A stretch of DNA of 44,302 bases from an uncultured Akkermansia sp. Its GTDB lineage: Bacteria; Verrucomicrobiota; Kiritimatiellia; RFP12; UBA1067. Within the stretch, counting starts at the first letter, position 1. Every line of letters begins with the position of its first letter. Made by a program: the position numbers and the translations under genes. Below the pieces are notes generated by a model, which was not told the DNA's origin, did no database searches, and saw nothing but the letters and a program-made list of their open reading frames with translations. The DNA lies in the NCBI GenBank assembly GCA_964459675.1, contig CAYWNP010000002.1, positions 4,665 to 48,966 of the forward strand, read 5' to 3'. Of this stretch, positions 43,083-44,302 are shown in pieces.

Positions 43083-44302
43083 TCACGCCTTCAAGGTCTC
43101 CTTGAAGAGCTCCATAAATGCTTCCAAGGTCATGGCACCCTTGTCACCTGTCTCGCGGCTCCGCACGGAGACCACGCCGGCCTCGACGTCACGTCCGCCA
43201 ACGACAAGCATGAAGGGCACCTTCTCGAGTTGCGCCCGGCGAATCTTGGCGCCCAGCTTTTCATTATCCGCATCCACGCCGACGCGTATATCCATTTCGC
43301 GCAGTTTGTCTGCCAACGCATTGACATGGTCAACCTGTCCCGAGGTAATGGGGAGGAAGCGCACCTGCTCCGGGGCCAGCCAGAGCGGGAAGGCGCCGCC
43401 ATAATGTTCGATCAAGATACCGAAGAAGCGTTCCAAGCTACCCAGCAGTGCGCGATGCACCATGTAGGGCTGATGTTCCTTGCCGTCTTCGCCGACGTAG
43501 GTCATGTTAAAGCGCTCGGGCAAGTTAAAGTCGAACTGGATCGTCCCGAGTTGCCACGGACGTCCCAGCGCATCCTTGATCTTGAGATCGATTTTGGGAC
43601 CGTAAAAGGCACCGCCGCCTTCATCAACCTGATAGGCAATCTTTTCGGCGTCCAGTGCGCTGCGTAGGGAGGCGGTCGCCTGATCCCAACGCTCGGGAAG
43701 ACCGACGGCCTTTTCCGGACGGGTCGAGAGAAACGCGGTGATATCCGTGAAGCCGAAACGGCGCAAGATGCTCAAGGCGAAATTCACGGTCCGGCGGACC
43801 TCGCCTTCGATCTGTTCCGGCGTACAGAAGATATGCGCATCGTCCTGGGTAAAACCACGGACGCGGAGGAGTCCATGGCGCACGCCCTCCTTCTCGTAAC
43901 GGTAAACCGTGCCGAGTTCGGCCCAGCGGAGTGGCAGATCGCGATACGAATACTTGCGCGTATTATAAATCTGGATGTGGAAGGGGCAGTTCATGGGCTT
44001 CACATAATACTGCTCGGCTGAGGTGTGTGAACCCTCTCCCTCCTGCACGTTCATGCAGGGAAACATGCCTTCACGATAAAAGCTGAGATGGCCGGAGGTC
44101 TCCCAAAGTTGGGCGCGTCCCACATGAGGAGTGAAGACCATTTCATAGCCAGCGCGATAGTGCTCCTTGCGCCAGAAGTCTTCAATCGCGATACGGATAC
44201 GCGCGCCTTTGGGGTGCCAATGGGCAAGACCAGGTCCGACATCCTCGCTGATGCTGAAGAGTTCGAGCTCTTTGCCCAGCTTACGATGGTCGCGCTTCTT
44301 CG
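43083..44302 (-). CDS. thrS: Threonyl-tRNA synthetase (5' part lies beyond the window)
   Basis: The frame is open to the window end (KKRDHRKLGKELELFSISEDVGPGLAHWHPKG...). Class-II catalytic blocks (GFTQDDAHIFC) and a C-terminal anticodon-binding domain are present. Confidence 0.93.
   Translation of the reverse strand, partial: KKRDHRKLGKELELFSISEDVGPGLAHWHPKGARIRIAIEDFWRKEHYRAGYEMVFTPHVGRAQLWETSGHLSFYREGMFPCMNVQEGEGSHTSAEQYYVKPMNCPFHIQIYNTRKYSYRDLPLRWAELGTVYRYEKEGVRHGLLRVRGFTQDDAHIFCTPEQIEGEVRRTVNFALSILRRFGFTDITAFLSTRPEKAVGLPERWDQATASLRSALDAEKIAYQVDEGGGAFYGPKIDLKIKDALGRPWQLGTIQFDFNLPERFNMTYVGEDGKEHQPYMVHRALLGSLERFFGILIEHYGGAFPLWLAPEQVRFLPITSGQVDHVNALADKLREMDIRVGVDADNEKLGAKIRRAQLEKVPFMLVVGGRDVEAGVVSVRSRETGDKGAMTLEAFMELFKETLKA

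Overview
This 44.3-kb window is a chromosomal segment made up mostly of conserved housekeeping genes. They are proS, an HU-like gene, hisS, an aminotransferase, rubrerythrin, tRNA-Val(TAC), glpK, ilvC, tolB-pal, tatA/B-tatC, hisB-hisA, an M16 peptidase, thiE, dinB, infC and a partial thrS. Between them sit envelope and accessory genes: a sulfatase, a DUF1080 protein, a PD40-propeller/multihaem cytochrome c, a tandem-PilT ATPase, a WecA-like transferase, an ABC-2 transporter cluster, a CHR half-transporter and a CPBP protease. That gene mix suggests an anaerobic member of the PVC superphylum, but this is inference only. I found no rRNA, CRISPR array, transposase, integrase or phage genes. Five observations are not explained by ordinary annotation. 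(1) The stop codon of the secreted-protein gene upstream of the ABC cluster is a UGA at 31973-31975. A perfect 8-bp hairpin with a GGU apical loop starts 12 nt after it, and 40 more in-frame, coding-like codons follow, so this is a candidate selenocysteine site. (2) Many intergenic spacers are built from tandem 7-8 bp 'word' arrays. The same words recur at unlinked loci, often as inverted arrays flanking a unique core. (3) An AT-richer islet at about 37.8-40.1 kb carries three copies of a 24-26 bp perfect palindrome. They bracket a double-wHTH ArsR-like regulator that lies divergent from an orphan CX3CX2CX5C protein. The islet also has a 131-nt imperfect palindrome inside a doubtful membrane ORF. 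(4) A single 731-aa ORF fuses two complete PilT ATPase modules and follows a membrane protein with a DnaJ-type zinc finger. (5) infC appears to use a non-AUG (AUC) start. All coordinates were counted by hand and may be off by 1 nt. No database searches were possible.
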